Assembly: GCA_964016885.1 (NCBI GenBank)
Contig: OZ024744.1
Coordinates: forward strand, 59,148,001 to 59,212,000
Source of the DNA: Eledone cirrhosa
Lineage: Eukaryota
Length of the DNA: 64,000 nucleotides
Reading direction: 5' to 3'
A program made the position numbers and the translations under genes. Under the pieces are notes generated by a model that made no database searches, was not told the origin of the DNA, and saw only the letters and a list, made by a program, of their open reading frames with translations. Of the stretch, positions 24,001-37,613 are shown in pieces; position 1 is the first letter of the stretch, and each line of letters starts with the position of its first letter.

Positions 24001-24509
24001 CTGAGCAGGTTGGTGAGGCTCTTGCACCCTCCTCCCCTATCTACTAGCCCCACACAATCCCAGCGCGCATCCAAGATACCGTTCCAGTCACCCACTAGCA
24101 CTAAAGAGCGGGACGTTCCAAGAAAGGTCTCTAGACGTCTAAAGAAATCTGGCCGTCCTGTCCCTGTCGGGGCATAGACGGCTACTAGCCTGAAAGCGTT
24201 GCCTTCGGTGACGGTCACGTCCAACACCACCGACTTACCTTCTGGGTCTAGGAAGATGGCCCGTATGGCGAGATCCAAGCCTCTCCGAAAAAGGACGGCA
24301 ACCTCACCCCCCGATCCTGGACGGCTGGGAGATGCGTATACATCGTAGCCGCCGAAGATCGGTGCGAAGGCTCGTGCTTCGGAGATTCTGGTCTCGCTGA
24401 TGGCCACCACATCTATGTTTAGTGACCTGAGGTCGTTGAGCAGGTGACTCTGCTTCCAAGATGACCCCAGACCACGTGTATTTATACTGCCTATTCTGAG
24501 TACGGCCAT
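21060..24509 (-). pseudogene. Tx1 ORF2 (APE endonuclease, reverse transcriptase, zinc finger), disrupted
   Basis: GSINTRGL, ISET, AVYAP, VGDWN, YLDRV; KSPGLDGLP, RPITLLN, LDQSKAFD, RQGCPLS, AYADDV; CSRCAQSDETVVHALVKC. Confidence 0.92.
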
Positions 24510-24541
24510 GTTGGATGAGAAACGGGGCAAGTGAGAAAGGG

Positions 24542-26333
24542 TCACTTACCTTGATGCTCGTGTGGTGAAGGGACAGTAGAACCGTCTCTTTGGCTGGTCA
24601 TGGGTGTTTCCAAGAGGATGTCAGTGTATATCCTCTTGATAACCGACCCTCTGAAGTCTCCAACTGCGTTGGGGGATTTTTGTTTTAAAAGTGTGTACTG
24701 TTCTATTGATATTTCAATGATGCTTATGTTTGTCGGGAGAGTTCTTGGTGTTGGTGGGGTGTAGTAGTTTTTTTCTGTGATGTCTGTGTGCTGCTTTATA
24801 TATTGTATGAGTTCTTTTTTTGCCATGTTTATGACTGTGTACTTTTGGGAGGCAGGGGTGATTTTGTTGCTGTTTTCTTCTTGTTGCTATTTGGTGTGTG
24901 TGTTTTGTTTTGTTTGCGCTGTTGGTGTTTTTGGTGATGCTGGTGGTGGTGTGGTTGTTGTTGGCAGTGGTGCTTGTTCTGGTGATGGTGGTGGTGTTGC
25001 TGCAAGTTTCCTTGCTGCCTTTACCCCTCTTTGTGTGCCTTCGCTTTTGGAGGGCGAAGCTAAGGGTTTTTTTCTTTTTTCTTTTTTGTGGCAGACCGTT
25101 TGTCACTTCACTCCCGCCTCAAACTCCATGTCGGATTCCGCGGCGTCTGGGAGGGGTATGTGCTCCACGGTTGTTGGTGGTGGTAGTGGAGCCCTCTCCG
25201 GCAATTTTGTTGCTGGTGCAGCTACTGCAAATGTATCTATTGGTGTTGCCGCCACTGATGCTGCTGCTTTAGTTGTCCGTGGCCTTGGTACGGGTGCCAC
25301 GGACGTTGCCCTCCTACTTACCGTTTAAGGGGCTTCTGCATTTGTTGCCTGCCCTGCTCTTGGTAGCAGCGGACCAGGTATTGGAAGGAGAGGGGCCTTC
25401 TTCTTCGCTGTCTTCTGCGGGCAAAAGGCCCTGAGGTGACCCTTTGACCCACAGAGATAACATTTTGACAGTCTTCCTTCTACTCTTATAGGGAGTGGGA
25501 GTCCTTCCTCAACGTCTATGATATCGGGGATAGCATCGATACATTCCTGGTCAGTTTGTATAAGCATTTGCATGCCTATACCTGACCAGTTCCCTCTCCC
25601 TATTTTCTCTACTTGCAGCATGGTCGTCCTGTCCTCGATACCAGCAAGGACAGCCGCGGCCAGCCAAGGTATGGGCACGTCGGGTGGGACCTGGGTCACT
25701 TTGACCCTTACAATTTTCTGCCCGCAGTAGGAGGGCACCAAGAATATCTCCTCACTATTTAGGGTTTCCAAAGAGTGAGACTTCGCTTCTTGGGGGGTGG
25801 CGAAAAAAGTACGTTTACTGTGGCGTACTTTCTGCCTCGGGTGATGTGGGTTTTGCGTGCCCAGACGCACCCCAAGGCCTTTTGGATTTGAGCCTCCGTG
25901 GCTCTCTCCACCCGATGTGAGATTTTGCTTACGGTGCGGTAAGTCACCGTCCGTAGCTGCTGGTCCTTGAAAAAATCGGGTGGAGGTTTCAGGGAGACTC
26001 TATTGCTGCTTCTTGTCACCATGGCCCTTGCGACTGCCATCTCCTCCTCTGTGACTAACACTGTTTCGATATTTCGGGCGACACCTGCAAAAGAAGTGGT
26101 CCCTTTTTCAGCAGCACCACTATTGCTGCCGCTACTGGTCTTGCAGGTGGTGCTGAGATCGCTGTTACAGGTATCGATGTCATTGTTGATGTTTTCGTTG
26201 GTAGTGTTGTTGCTGTTGTTGTTTTCGTTGATACTGTTGCTGTTGTTACTGTTATTGTGGCTGTTGTTATTATTGTTGTTTTTGTTGATACTGTTCCTAC
26301 TACTATTGTTGTTGTGGCTGTTGTTATTGTCAT
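24542..26333 (-). pseudogene. Tx1 ORF1 (gag-like), disrupted
   Basis: Zinc knuckle CYLCGSKGHLRAFCP; split over several frames. Confidence 0.8.
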
Positions 26334-26862
26334 TCTTATTGTCGTTCTCGACTTTACCGCTGTTATTTTTGTTGTTGCTGTTGTTATTGATGCTGTTGTT
26401 GTTGGTGTTATTGTTGGTTTTGTTTGTGTTAGAAATATTTGGTAATTTTAAATCTGTAACAATTGTGGGTATGGTGTGGTGTGCGGTGGGCGGAGGCTGG
26501 GGAGTGCTGCCCGGAAGAGTGCTTGACCGGAAGGGTGCTTGACCGGAAGGGTGCTCGACCAGAAGGGCCAGCAGGTCTGCCTCTCTCTAGGGTGGTCAGC
26601 GAACGTGGTAGACGTCAGTTTTGGAGCTCCCGGTTAACGAGTTGGATTGTACGCACGTGGGAGAGGAGAAACCAGCCATTGGATTAGTGGTGCCAGCGAA
26701 AGTGGTAAGTGAGATAGCTTTTTCTAACCACAAGCTATTTCGGCACTGGAAACTGAGATCTGATTGATCAAAAAAAAAGAACTTTCTCGAAAACAAAGCT
26801 ACTGGAAAAACAGAGAGGAGTCAGTTGTTTTTTATTACTTACCGCAAGACAAAATTAGGATA

Positions 26863-29800
26863 TGGCGACGAGATTACGAATGAGCGGAGAAGCGATTAGA
26901 GCATTTACCGGTGAAAGCGATGTTGTCGCTTGGCTGCGAAAAGTCCGGCTGGTCGCAAGCTTACAGAAGATAGATGTGGCTGGCCTCATGGCACTGTACC
27001 TCGAGGGGGATGCGTTGGCACTCTTCCTAGAGATGGGTGAACACAGCCAAAGGGATGCGCAAAAGATTGAGAGGCGTATGATGGAAGCGTTCGCGGAAAG
27101 ACCGTTAGCCGCTTTTGCTAAGCTGGTAAGGATTAGGTGGAACGGTGAACGCGTTGACATTTTCGCAGCGGAAATACGGCGATTGGCCATGTTGGCTGGA
27201 TATCAGGTGGAATGCGAACGCACGGTGCGGTTGGCGTTCATAAATGGATTTCCAGGCGACATAGCGGTGAAACTGCAACAAGTCCCGGGTTACAAGGAAA
27301 TGGAGATGCGTGCACTGGTGGAACAAGCCCGCATCATAGCAGAAGATGCCAAGAAGAGTGTCGCAGCGATAGCAATGACAGAGGCCCAAGGCAGCCGGCA
27401 ACGAAATGGTGAAAGGGAGGTAACCACGGCACGCGGTCGCCCGCGAGCCTTTAAAGGTCGCTGTTTTAGGTGCCAGGGCCCGCACATGGCGAGAGACTGT
27501 AGAGAGTTAAGGCCGGACAAAATATGCTACCGGTGTAAGCGACCAGGCCACATCGCTACTAGCTGCGACCAGGGAAAACGATCCAAGGGGAACTACTGCG
27601 CCGGTAGCTGCCCCTTACGAGTAGAGGCGCTGCCCGTGGTGAAAGTTTTTGTGAGGGCAAAGCCACAGCGAGCCCTCGTGGACACGGGCTGTACGACGAC
27701 ACTTGTGACCGCGGGCTGGCGCAGAGGTGGACAGGGAAGAGCAGCGTAAGGGCAGTCGACAGTAGGAAAATTGAATGCCGAGGTCGCAGAGAGTTGGAGA
27801 TGGCGGTACGGGGAAAGAAAATAAGGCTTTCTGCCATCGTAGTCGACAACATGGTGGATGGGATCGGCGTAGTTATGGGCATGGACGCAATTGGCCGTCT
27901 AGGAGGCATCACAGTGAACAACGCCGGTGTGTCGTTTGGCGGCGCCGCATCTGTATGCGCTGTGAGTATGCGACAGGAGAACCAGAAGGCCCGCGAGGAG
28001 AAATATCCCGCTTACACTGTACTGGACAAAGACTTCAAGGCCGTGTTCGATTGGCAATGATGGGTTGTTGAGTGGTACTGGAAGGGAGAACCACCAACAC
28101 TGAAGACCAAAGTGGGCTGCTATCAACACACATTGAAGGGAGACATTAGGAGCGAGTTCGAGCGAGAGGTAGAGAGATGGATTGAGGAGGGCATACTGCT
28201 TCCCTGGAAAGAGGAGGTGAAGTGCAGAGTATTGCCGTTAATAGCGGTGGCGCAACCCACGAAGAACAAAGTGAGGCTGGTACTGGACTTTGGGGAGCTG
28301 AACGAGCACATGTCATGCCTCACGGGTGGCGAGGTCACGGATGTCTGTGGGGAAACCCTGTGTGAGTGGAGACGCATGACGGGGGCTTCCGCAATCGTCG
28401 ATCTAAAGTCGGCATACTTACAATTACACATAGATGAGAAGCTCTGGCAGTATCAGCTGGTCAGGTATAAGGGCCGGGCATATTGCCTGACCAAGATCGA
28501 TTTCGGGCTGAGCTCTGCACCGAAGATCATGGCGGCGGTCCTCAAGACCATTCTGGGAAAGGCCTACAAGATGAAGAGGCCACTAATTCCTACATTGACG
28601 ACATCCTAGTGGACGAGTCTGTAGTGTCGGCGGCGGAGGTCACGAGCCATTTGCAGAGGTATGGACTGGCTGCGAAGCCGTCAGAAGCGTTGGAGGGAGG
28701 AACCGCGCTGGGACTTAGGCTACGGCGAGACAGGATGGGCGTGTTAGTATTACAGAGGGAAAATGAAGTTCCAGAACTGGGCCCAAGTATGAGTAGGCGG
28801 GAGCTTTTCTCGGCGTGTGGAAAGTTGGTATGTCACTACCCGATTGCTGGGTGGCTCCGGACGGCATGCAGCTATGTCAAGAGACTTGGAGTGACAGAGT
28901 GGGAGAGAGGACGGTGGCCATGATGCAGGAGATCGTAGAGAGGGTGATGGCCGACGACCCAGTGCGGGGACGCTGGTATGTTCCCAAAACGCAGAGCGAG
29001 ACCGTATGGTGCGATGCCAGCAGCATAGCGCTAGGTGCCACGTTGGAGATAGGAGGTGTTGAGTCGAGGATGCGCACCATCGAGATTCGCACCGACTCGG
29101 CTACTGTACTCGGATGGGTGAGATCAGTGCTCACCAGTGAGAAGAGAGTGCGAACGAGAGGGGCGGCGGAGATGCTGATAAAGCGCCGCCATGGAACTTT
29201 AGGAGAGCTGGCCACCGAGTTCGACCTGAGGCTGAGCGTAGTTTTCGTGCCCTCAGAGAAAAATAAGGCGGACGTTTTAACCAGGGTGAAGAAAGCCTGG
29301 ATGGAAGCGCCGGAGGATGTAGAAGTGGAGATAGCTGCCGTGTGTTGGCTGACCGAGTCGGATCTGAAAGGGTTGCATGACATGCACCACATGGGAGTGA
29401 ATAGGACTCTGTTCCTAGCCAGGAGAATCGACTCGGACGTTAAGACACAGTTCAAAAAGTGGTTAGAGGCTGCGTCCGATGTCAGTCCATTGATGCCGCC
29501 CTGTGTGTGCACGAAACGGGAAGCCTCCCGGTGGATCGCGACTGGAAGCGATTGGCGGTGGATGTAACACACTACCGACAGGAAACATACCTCTCAATGG
29601 TCGACTGTGGACCGGGACAGATGGCGATATGGAGGGAGATGAAGACTGGAACGGCCGAGGAAATCACGCGAACGTTGAGAGAGGTGTTCTTGGAGCGGGG
29701 CCCTGTGGACGAACTGCTGATGGACAACAGCGCAGCGTTCCGCTCCGAGGCGCTGAGGGAGATGCTCGATGGATGGAAGGTGGACCGTTTCTTCAGAGCA

Positions 29801-30165
29801 GCGTACAGGCCGAGCGGAAATGGAATCGTGGAGCGACACCACCGGACGATCAAGGCAATGGCGGAGCGGGGCCACATCTCACCAATGGAGGCAGTGTTCT
29901 GGTACAACATGTCCCCTCGGGTGGGACAGCTTGAGGAACGGTGCCACACAGAGCAGTATTCAGATACGAGTGGCGGCACCCGTGCACGCCACCACAACGG
30001 CCAGTGGAGAGAGAGAATGCATTCGTGCAGGTGGGCGAAGAAGTCTGGGTTAAGCCCCAGATGCACGTTGCACATCTCAATGGGGAAGGGGAACGGTGAC
30101 GGCCGTAAATTCCCAGAACAATGTGTCCGTGGACGGAGTACCACGTCATGTCCTGGATGTCTGTA
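26863..30165 (+). mobile_element. Ty3/Gypsy internal region (gag-PR-RT-RH-IN), frameshifted, LTRs not seen
   Basis: Two CCHC knuckles; protease ALVDTG; RT VDLKSAYLQ, FGLSSAP and SYIDDILV; RNase H WCDASS; integrase CVRC..LAVDVTH..LLMDN..SGNGIVER, lying after RT/RH. PBS-like TGGCGACGAG at 26863. Confidence 0.93.
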
Positions 30166-30452
30166 GAATTACTGTGTCAACTCTCTTTCTTGTGTTATCC
30201 ATGTTGAACTTTTTTTTCTTTCAAAAAATATTTTTACACAAATACGACACGCCGTAAAGGGGTGCCGTATTATTTACGAGTGAACCCCTGTATTAGGTGG
30301 GTCACTTCTTTTAAACTTTTATCAAATTTAAAACTTGAATAAAAGGTTTAGAACGGTTGAAAACGAGGTAAAACGTTGAAAAAAACTGGAGGCGATAAGA
30401 AGCGTGGCTTCACCTTCAATAATAATAATAATAATAATGATGATAATAATAA

Positions 30453-33400
30453 TGCTTTCTTTATTAACCACAAGGGTTTACATAAAGTAAACATTAAGGA
30501 CAGTACAGGACAATACAGGACGGTACAAATGGGCATTTCTGCGTGTAAAAAACAAAAAAAACAGGATCTAACAAAGAAAGAAACAATGAAAGATTCCCCA
30601 ATAGGGGGGAGACTTCCGAGGGACATTCGTGGAGAAAGCCCATTAAAAAAGTCACGGTAACCCTGACCACCAGGGCAAGTGCCCTCTCCCAGTTATCCCC
30701 CTTTAATTTACAGACACATACTCAGAGTAGGCCCATTCACTCGGGCCATACTTGCTTCTCTCACCCATCTTTCAACAAAATGCTGGGAAGAGCACTTCCC
30801 TCTCTACCCTGATTTTCCTTTTTAAATGAAATTTGAAAAAGTTAATCAGGGCATCACCGTCTTCAGACCTTTCAAACGTGTCCACCATACTATCTCTTTC
30901 GCCATGGCCACCAGACAGATAAAAACTGCCTGCCCTTCCCGGCTAAAGGAAGAGGGCGGGGCAATCCTCACGATGGACTCAGCTGATAACTGGATCCATC
31001 CTACACGTGACAGCAGGTGTTCGACATAAACCCACAAGTCAGCAATGCTCGGACACTGGACGAGTGCGTGCAGGACGGTTTCGTCGCCCTGCGCGCATCT
31101 CGGACATGCCCGGCTGACGGCACCTCCATGCCTGTAGAGTTTATCCCGAACTGGCAAAGCTCCTCGGTAGCACTGCCAGGCCAGGGATTTCTGGAAGTTG
31201 TCTATAGGCCCCGAAAGTTCTTCCGAAGAGATTGGCTAGTTGATTTTCGTCGACGCTAGAGTTTCTCCAAGTACGTCGTCGCTCTTCCCCTCCACTAATC
31301 CTCTATAGAACGCCAAGGTGGAGTTTCCACCGATCACATTGCCCGATTGGTCGAGGGCAGTGAGCGCCTGAAGACATTCCAGTCTCCAAGCGCTCCCTCT
31401 CGGTCTTCGCTTGACCCAGGACTGCAGCTCCGTCAAGGAGACGAGCTGGGGAAAGACGTGTCTAGCAAACGGCAACCACACCTGATCACCGCCGAGGAAG
31501 AGGTGGAGATGTCGTAGCCTGAGCGCGTGTCTGCGCATCATCAGCCACGGCATGCCCAGCCCTCCACGTAGCGGGTGTTGACAGCAGATGGAACGCCTGA
31601 CCATTGGAGCGCGTCCCTTCCACAAAAAGCGAAAGAGCAAACGCTCCAACGCAGTCAGGCGAGACTTAGGACAAGGCACGAGGGTCAGGCGGTAGATGAC
31701 GGACGCGATGTACGCTTTAGCCACCTCCGCTCGATCTTTCAGGGATAGCTTCCTCTCTGCCCATTTCTGGCTGAGAGAAGCCACCCTGCTCGTCACCTCG
31801 TCCCAGTTTTTGTCCGTCTGGAGGTCCGGACCGAACCAGACCCCTAGCAATTTAACCGGTCCGTCCGTCCAGCGCCCGACGACGCTGTTGGACGTCATGG
31901 ACCTGCCGCTCCAGGTGCCGAGCTGCAGGCCCACCGAATTTTTCTGGTTGATCATTGCCCCTGTCACCGCTTCGTATTCTCTTAGTGTAGTGCCGATCGC
32001 CTCGATGTGTTTGGCGTTCGACACCACTACGGTGACATCGTCCGCAAATGCTGACACGGATCTTCCGCATCCTAGTTCGCGTGGGACCCCCCTTAACGTC
32101 TCCAGTTTGTGCAGTAATTGCTCGGGAGTCAATACCTACAACAGGGACGAGAGAGGACATCCTTGACGGACCGAGAGCATGATGTTGAACGGTTCCAAAA
32201 GGTGACCGTTCACTCTCACCACAGAGCAGATGTCGCTGTGCATGGCAGCGATTCAGCCTCTGAAGACGGGCCTAAAGCCAGCCGCCCTCAGGACTGCCGC
32301 CAGATAACAATGGTCGACCCTATCGAAAGCTTTCGACTGATCTAAATTGATCAAGGACCCACCCATGCCAGGATCCCTAGCTAACCTCTCCACGATGTAT
32401 CGCATGAGGTGGAGGTTGTCGTGGATGGATCTGTCCGGAATGGCGCATGTCTGCGCCACTTCCACCAGACCACCAACGACAAGCGCCAACCTCTTTGCTA
32501 GCAACTTGGTCAAAATCTTGAACTCTGTGTTTAGCAGAGTTATGGGCCTGAAATTATCTATGTTATCCCCCTTGTTCGGATCCTTTCTCAGCAGCACCAC
32601 AACTCCTTGGCTCACAGAGCTGGAAATTCTCCCGTTCTGTTGCCAGTTGCAGTAGACGCCCGCCAAGAGGCCTCCGTAAAGTTCATAGGGCAGACCATCC
32701 AAACACAGGCGATTTACCCCTTGTGCAGCCAGTCATTGCCTCCTATACTTCAGCGGCTGTTATCGGCTTTCCGCAACAATCCTCCTCAGTGGCCGAAAGC
32801 CGCGGTAGTCCGTCGAGGTAGACACTAAAGTCCATCCCTCGATCCGGCCCGCCGCTGCCCCCGAACAGCTGAGCGAAGCGTCGCTGAAAAGCTTCACACA
32901 TTTTCCCGGGATCGAGTAGCATGCGCCCGTGGTGGTCCACCAAAGGCCGGATCGTGGCTTTGTTGCCACGACGCGCCTCCGCCACTCGGGCCCATTGAAC
33001 GGCTTTCGTCCCCTCGTGTCTGAGAGCACGCACCCTAGCTCTGATAACGCAGCCTTCGTGCTTTGCATTGAAGAATTGGTCAAGGGCCAATTTCGCCGCA
33101 AGTACGTGGGTCGCGATGCCTTTACTAAGCGCCTCGTCTAATTTTCTAATTAGTTCTCCCTCTGCTCTATTTTTCTCTATAGCTAAAGCCTTACTAAACC
33201 TAATGGACTCTATTCTAATCGCTCTTTTCAGAGCAAACCACCATTTGTTGTTGACGATGGCCCCCGTCAACGCCCGCTTAACTAGCTCGCTAATCCGGTA
33301 TCTGTAGGCCTTACGCACTGGTAAGGACGCGTTTAGCTTCCATTATCCGGGTCCTCGTCTATGAAGCCTATCTAAGTCAAGCATACAGATCACGAATTTG

Positions 33401-34823
33401 TGGTCCGTGTAGCTAACTATCTTGAATTGTGGACAGCCTATGCTAGACCTATCTATTTCCCCGTCAAAATACTCTATCTAGATATGATCTGGATGACCAT
33501 ATGCGATTTGTCCAAGTCCACATTGGCACATTCGGGAAATCCAATCGGTACCTGTCAGACAGTTCAAAACGCCTGAGCAGGTTGGTGAGGCTCTTGCACC
33601 CTCCTCCCCTATCCGCTAATCCCACACAGTCCCAGCGTGCATCTAAGATCCCGTTCCAGTCGCCCACTAACACTAAAGAGCGGGAAGTTCAAAGAAAGGT
33701 CTCCAGACGCTGGAAGAAATCAGGCCGCCCTGCTCCTGTCGGGGCATAGACGGCCACTAGCCTGAAAGCTTGCCCGTCTCCGCTGGTTACGTCCAGCACT
33801 ACCAACTTACCTTCTGGGTCCAGGAAGATGGCCCGTATGGCGAGATCCAAACCTCTCCGAAAAAGCACAGCAACTCCCCCCCCCCCGATCCAGGACGGCT
33901 GGGAGATGCGTACACATCGTAGCCGCCGAAGATCGGTGCGAAGGCCCGTGCTTCGGAGATTCTGGTCTCGCTGATGGCCACTACATCTATGTTTAGTGAC
34001 CTGAGGTCGTTGAGCAGGTGGCCCTGCTTCCATGACGACCCCAAGCCACGTGCATTTATGCTTCCTATTCTGACTGAGGTCATGTTGAAAAGGAGTGGAA
34101 AAGATGGGAAAGACCAATTACCTTACTTCTCGTAGAGGAAGGATGGTTTCTCCATCCTTCTCACTGCTTGTGGCCTCCTCCGGAAGGATGTCTTTATAAA
34201 TCCTCCTGGAGAGTGCTTGTCGGAAGTCTCCGATGTCCTTGGGGAATTTTTGTTTTAGTGTCGTGTACGTTTTCTGTGTGATGCGAGTGATTTGTATGTG
34301 TGGAGGTTGTGTGAATTTTTGGGGTGTTGTGTAGTCTTTTTCTGTGATGCTGGTGTTGTGTTGGATGTAGTGTAATAATTGTTTGCTGTTCAAATTTAAT
34401 GCTGTGTAGTGTGTAACGTTTTGGTTGTTTTGTTTTGTTTGCGTTTGTTGTGGGTTTGTTTCTGTTTCGCTTTTTGGTGACTTTTGTGGTGTTGGTGATG
34501 GTGGTGTTGGGGTTAATGATGGTGATGGTGTTGGTGATGCTGGTGTGGATGGTGGCATAGCTGTCCTAACTTGGTGTTGGTCTGTTAAAACCAGTAAATT
34601 TGTCGTTCATGTTTTTTTTTTCAAAGAAATATTTTGTTTGATAAATAAAAAGTTTAAGTTTTGGGCTCAAGGCCCCAATATTTTTTGTCCTTTTCAGAAA
34701 GCAATATATGTGAACTTATAAACACTTAACAACAAATATTTTCCATAACTGGCAATTTGAAACAACTGAAAACAACAAAACTTTGCGGAGCTCACGATAA
34801 TACGATTTCCTACGTAGGTCACC
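30453..34823 (-). mobile_element. Second Tx1-clade LINE; ORF2 present but disrupted, most of ORF1 deleted
   Basis: ORF2 from 34083 (MTSVRIGSINARGL) through AFADDV to the zinc finger CPRCAQGDETVLHALVQC. (AAT)n on both flanks (30418-30452 and 34824-34876). Confidence 0.92.
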
Positions 34824-34876
<53 letters not shown>

Positions 34877-34878
<2 letters not shown>

Positions 34879-34901
34879 GTTTCTTTATTGGCCACAAGGG
34901 C
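34877..34901 (-). mobile_element. Tiny 3'-terminal Tx1 insertion in (AAT)n
   Basis: TTTCTTTATTGGCCACAAGGGCT is identical to the terminus at 20799-20821. Confidence 0.65.
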
Positions 34902-34912
34902 TATAATAATAA

Positions 34913-35098
34913 TTGTTTCTATTTTTGGCACAAGGCCAGCAATTATCCCAGTGTATTACTGGTATTTTATTTTATCGACCCCGTAAGGATGAAAGGCAAA
35001 GTTAACCTCGGTGGGATTTGAACTCAGAATGGCAAGGGCCGCAACTCTATGCGTCAAAGCATGGCGTCCGACCCTCTATCGATACTGCCAATCCATCA
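34913..35098 (-). mobile_element. tRNA-derived Meta/MESC-like SINE, full length
   Basis: Same family as 20603-20775; (AAT)n at both ends. Confidence 0.8.
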
Positions 35099-35284
35099 GC
35101 TATAATAATAATAATGGTTGGTTGCGCAATCACAGTTTTATTTCAATTTGAAAGATATTTATCATCTGACTAAAAAGGTCACGGTACTTTATTGCACCTT
35201 ACAGTCATCAATAAAGAAATTTAGTTTCCGCTGAAGCAAATTATGTTCAGATTGTATTACGAAAGTAGCAGGCAATGTCTGGAA

Positions 35285-35650
<366 letters not shown>

Positions 35651-35714
35651 ACTTAACATCCGTTTCCTTGCAAGCAAGGGTTGGATGGATTGTCACAAAC
35701 CAGCCAGCCAGCCA

Positions 35715-36260
35715 GTATTTAACCAGAACTACCCTTTCAACAACTTTCATGACCTGGTTAATCAACTTAATACATCTGTAGTTACTGCTTTCTGGTGCAT
35801 CTCCTTTGCCCTTGTAGCAATTTACAATTATACTACTATGCCAGTTATTGGGTATGACATTATCCTCTATGATTTGATTAACTATTCATCTGATGCCAGA
35901 TGCTTTTAGCATCTTAGTCACTATACTGGATGGTCTAGCTGCTTTCCCTTCCTTCATGTCCTTAATTTCTTTATCTATCATACTGCTGTCAACTTTAATG
36001 GCTGACCCTTCAAATGGGTCCACATTGGTTTGGCCATCACTGTCCCATTTATTTTTCCTCATTCAGCAGTCTCTCATAGTATGTCTTCCATACTTCCTTC
36101 TCTTCAACATCAAACAGGGTAAGTGCTCCACTATCATTTCAGACACAATTTTCACCAACCACATCACAATTTTCTCTAGCATATTGTCTTACAATGTTGA
36201 ACACTTCACGCTTCTGATCTTCACTCTGCAATGCTGAAGAAGATCCGACCTGTAGCATAC
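35715..36260 (-). mobile_element. Decayed RTE LINE fragment (EN-RT linker and RT N-terminus)
   Basis: VWKTYYERLLNEE and [28 protein letters not shown]. Confidence 0.7.
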
Positions 36261-36334
36261 AATGTGACCTCACCTACCCTCCACCATCACTACTTGAACC
36301 ACTCCCCACTCGCGTAGACCTCCCCCCATCCACT

Positions 36335-36725
36335 GTGAAGTGGTTGGTGATAGGAAGTGCATTCAGCCATGAAGGCCTTGCCAAACAAAGGGTTGAGAGG
36401 ACCCTTCAGTTGCGTCAAGAACATGGCAGCCTCCCTACTGTTGGTGATCTACACAATAAACACACCCAGTACACACTATAAACTAGTTGGTGATAGGAAG
36501 AGCATCCAACCATAGAAATCTTGCCAAAACAAAGGGTTGGAAAGACTCTTAGTAGTGTCAAAGGCATGACAACCTCTCCTGAGTACTCGGTGAAACTTGA
36601 GACTACATAAGCAAGACACAGATCCCTGGCCTGCCTGAGAGATCGGTGGCTCTACTTCTGTACTGACTTGGTCTATATAGACACATCTAACTCTTGCTAG
36701 CAGGGAAAACGATGACGATGATGAT
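36335..36725 (+). mobile_element. RTE-related SINE/LINE tail family with a (GAT)n tail
   Basis: GTTGGTGATAGGAAG.GCATCCA motif (duplicated) and terminal CTTGCTAGCAGGGAAAAC(GAT)n. Confidence 0.6.
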
Positions 36726-36803
36726 GACACACACACACACACACACACACGCATACACATATATATATCATCATCATCATCATCATCATCATCACCATCA
36801 TCA

Positions 36804-37325
36804 GCGTTTTACTTACATTTTTCCACGCTAGCATGGGTTAGACAAGTTGTCCTGTTGTGGGCAATGTTAGGTCAGGAGACCATGTCTTGCTCATACAGAA
36901 CTGATTCTGGCTTTATTTCTACAGTTGGATGCCCTTCCTAACACCAACCTCATTTACAATCTGTACTGGGTGCTTTTTGTCTTGACACCTACATAAACAC
37001 TTACAGTGTGGGTCTGGGTGCTTTTTGTCTTGACACCTACATAAACACTTACAGTCTGGGCTGGGTGCTTTTTGTCATGTCACCATCATAACCACTTTAC
37101 AGTGTGGGCTGGGGGCTTCACTGGATGCATATTTCGGCCCGTCCTCATGGAAATGTATGGGAGAGTGGGGTGGGGCATATTGTCTATATGCTTCAGCTTC
37201 AGCCTGTGTCCGTGTGAAGTCGGGACTTCTGTATTACTGCGTAACACCAGAGATCTCGGTCCGGTGTCATCGCCTTTGAGAGGTGCAATTGAGCAAGGTC
37301 AGCTTTTACCACACTATCTCAAGTC
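36804..37325 (-). mobile_element. RTE LINE 3' end with the shared (GAT)n-tailed 3' module
   Basis: Similar to 45150-45560. Confidence 0.65.
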
Positions 37326-37613
37326 TTCCTGCACCATCAGTGTTTAACGTCCATTTTCCACACTTAGATGGGTTAAACATGAAACCGTACATATACGAGA
37401 AATCAGTGGCTCTGCTACAGTACAGACTTGGTCTATATAGACCCGTCCAACCCTTGCTAGCAGGGAAAACAGAAATTAAAACAACGACGATGATAATGAT
37501 GATGATGATGATATATAAGGAGTCTACTAAAGAGAATCAAATTTGCTAATGCCAATTAATAACATATTTAAGCTCAATGTGTTTATGTCATTATAGATAG
37601 AAATATAAATCAC

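Larger units (their letters stand above)
20798..26825 (-). mobile_element. Near full-length Tx1-clade (L1-group) LINE, frameshifted
   Basis: 5'UTR, ORF1 with a CCHC knuckle, and ORF2 with APE, RT and a C-terminal zinc finger. The 3' end is AATAAAGAAATC(ATT)n. Confidence 0.92.
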
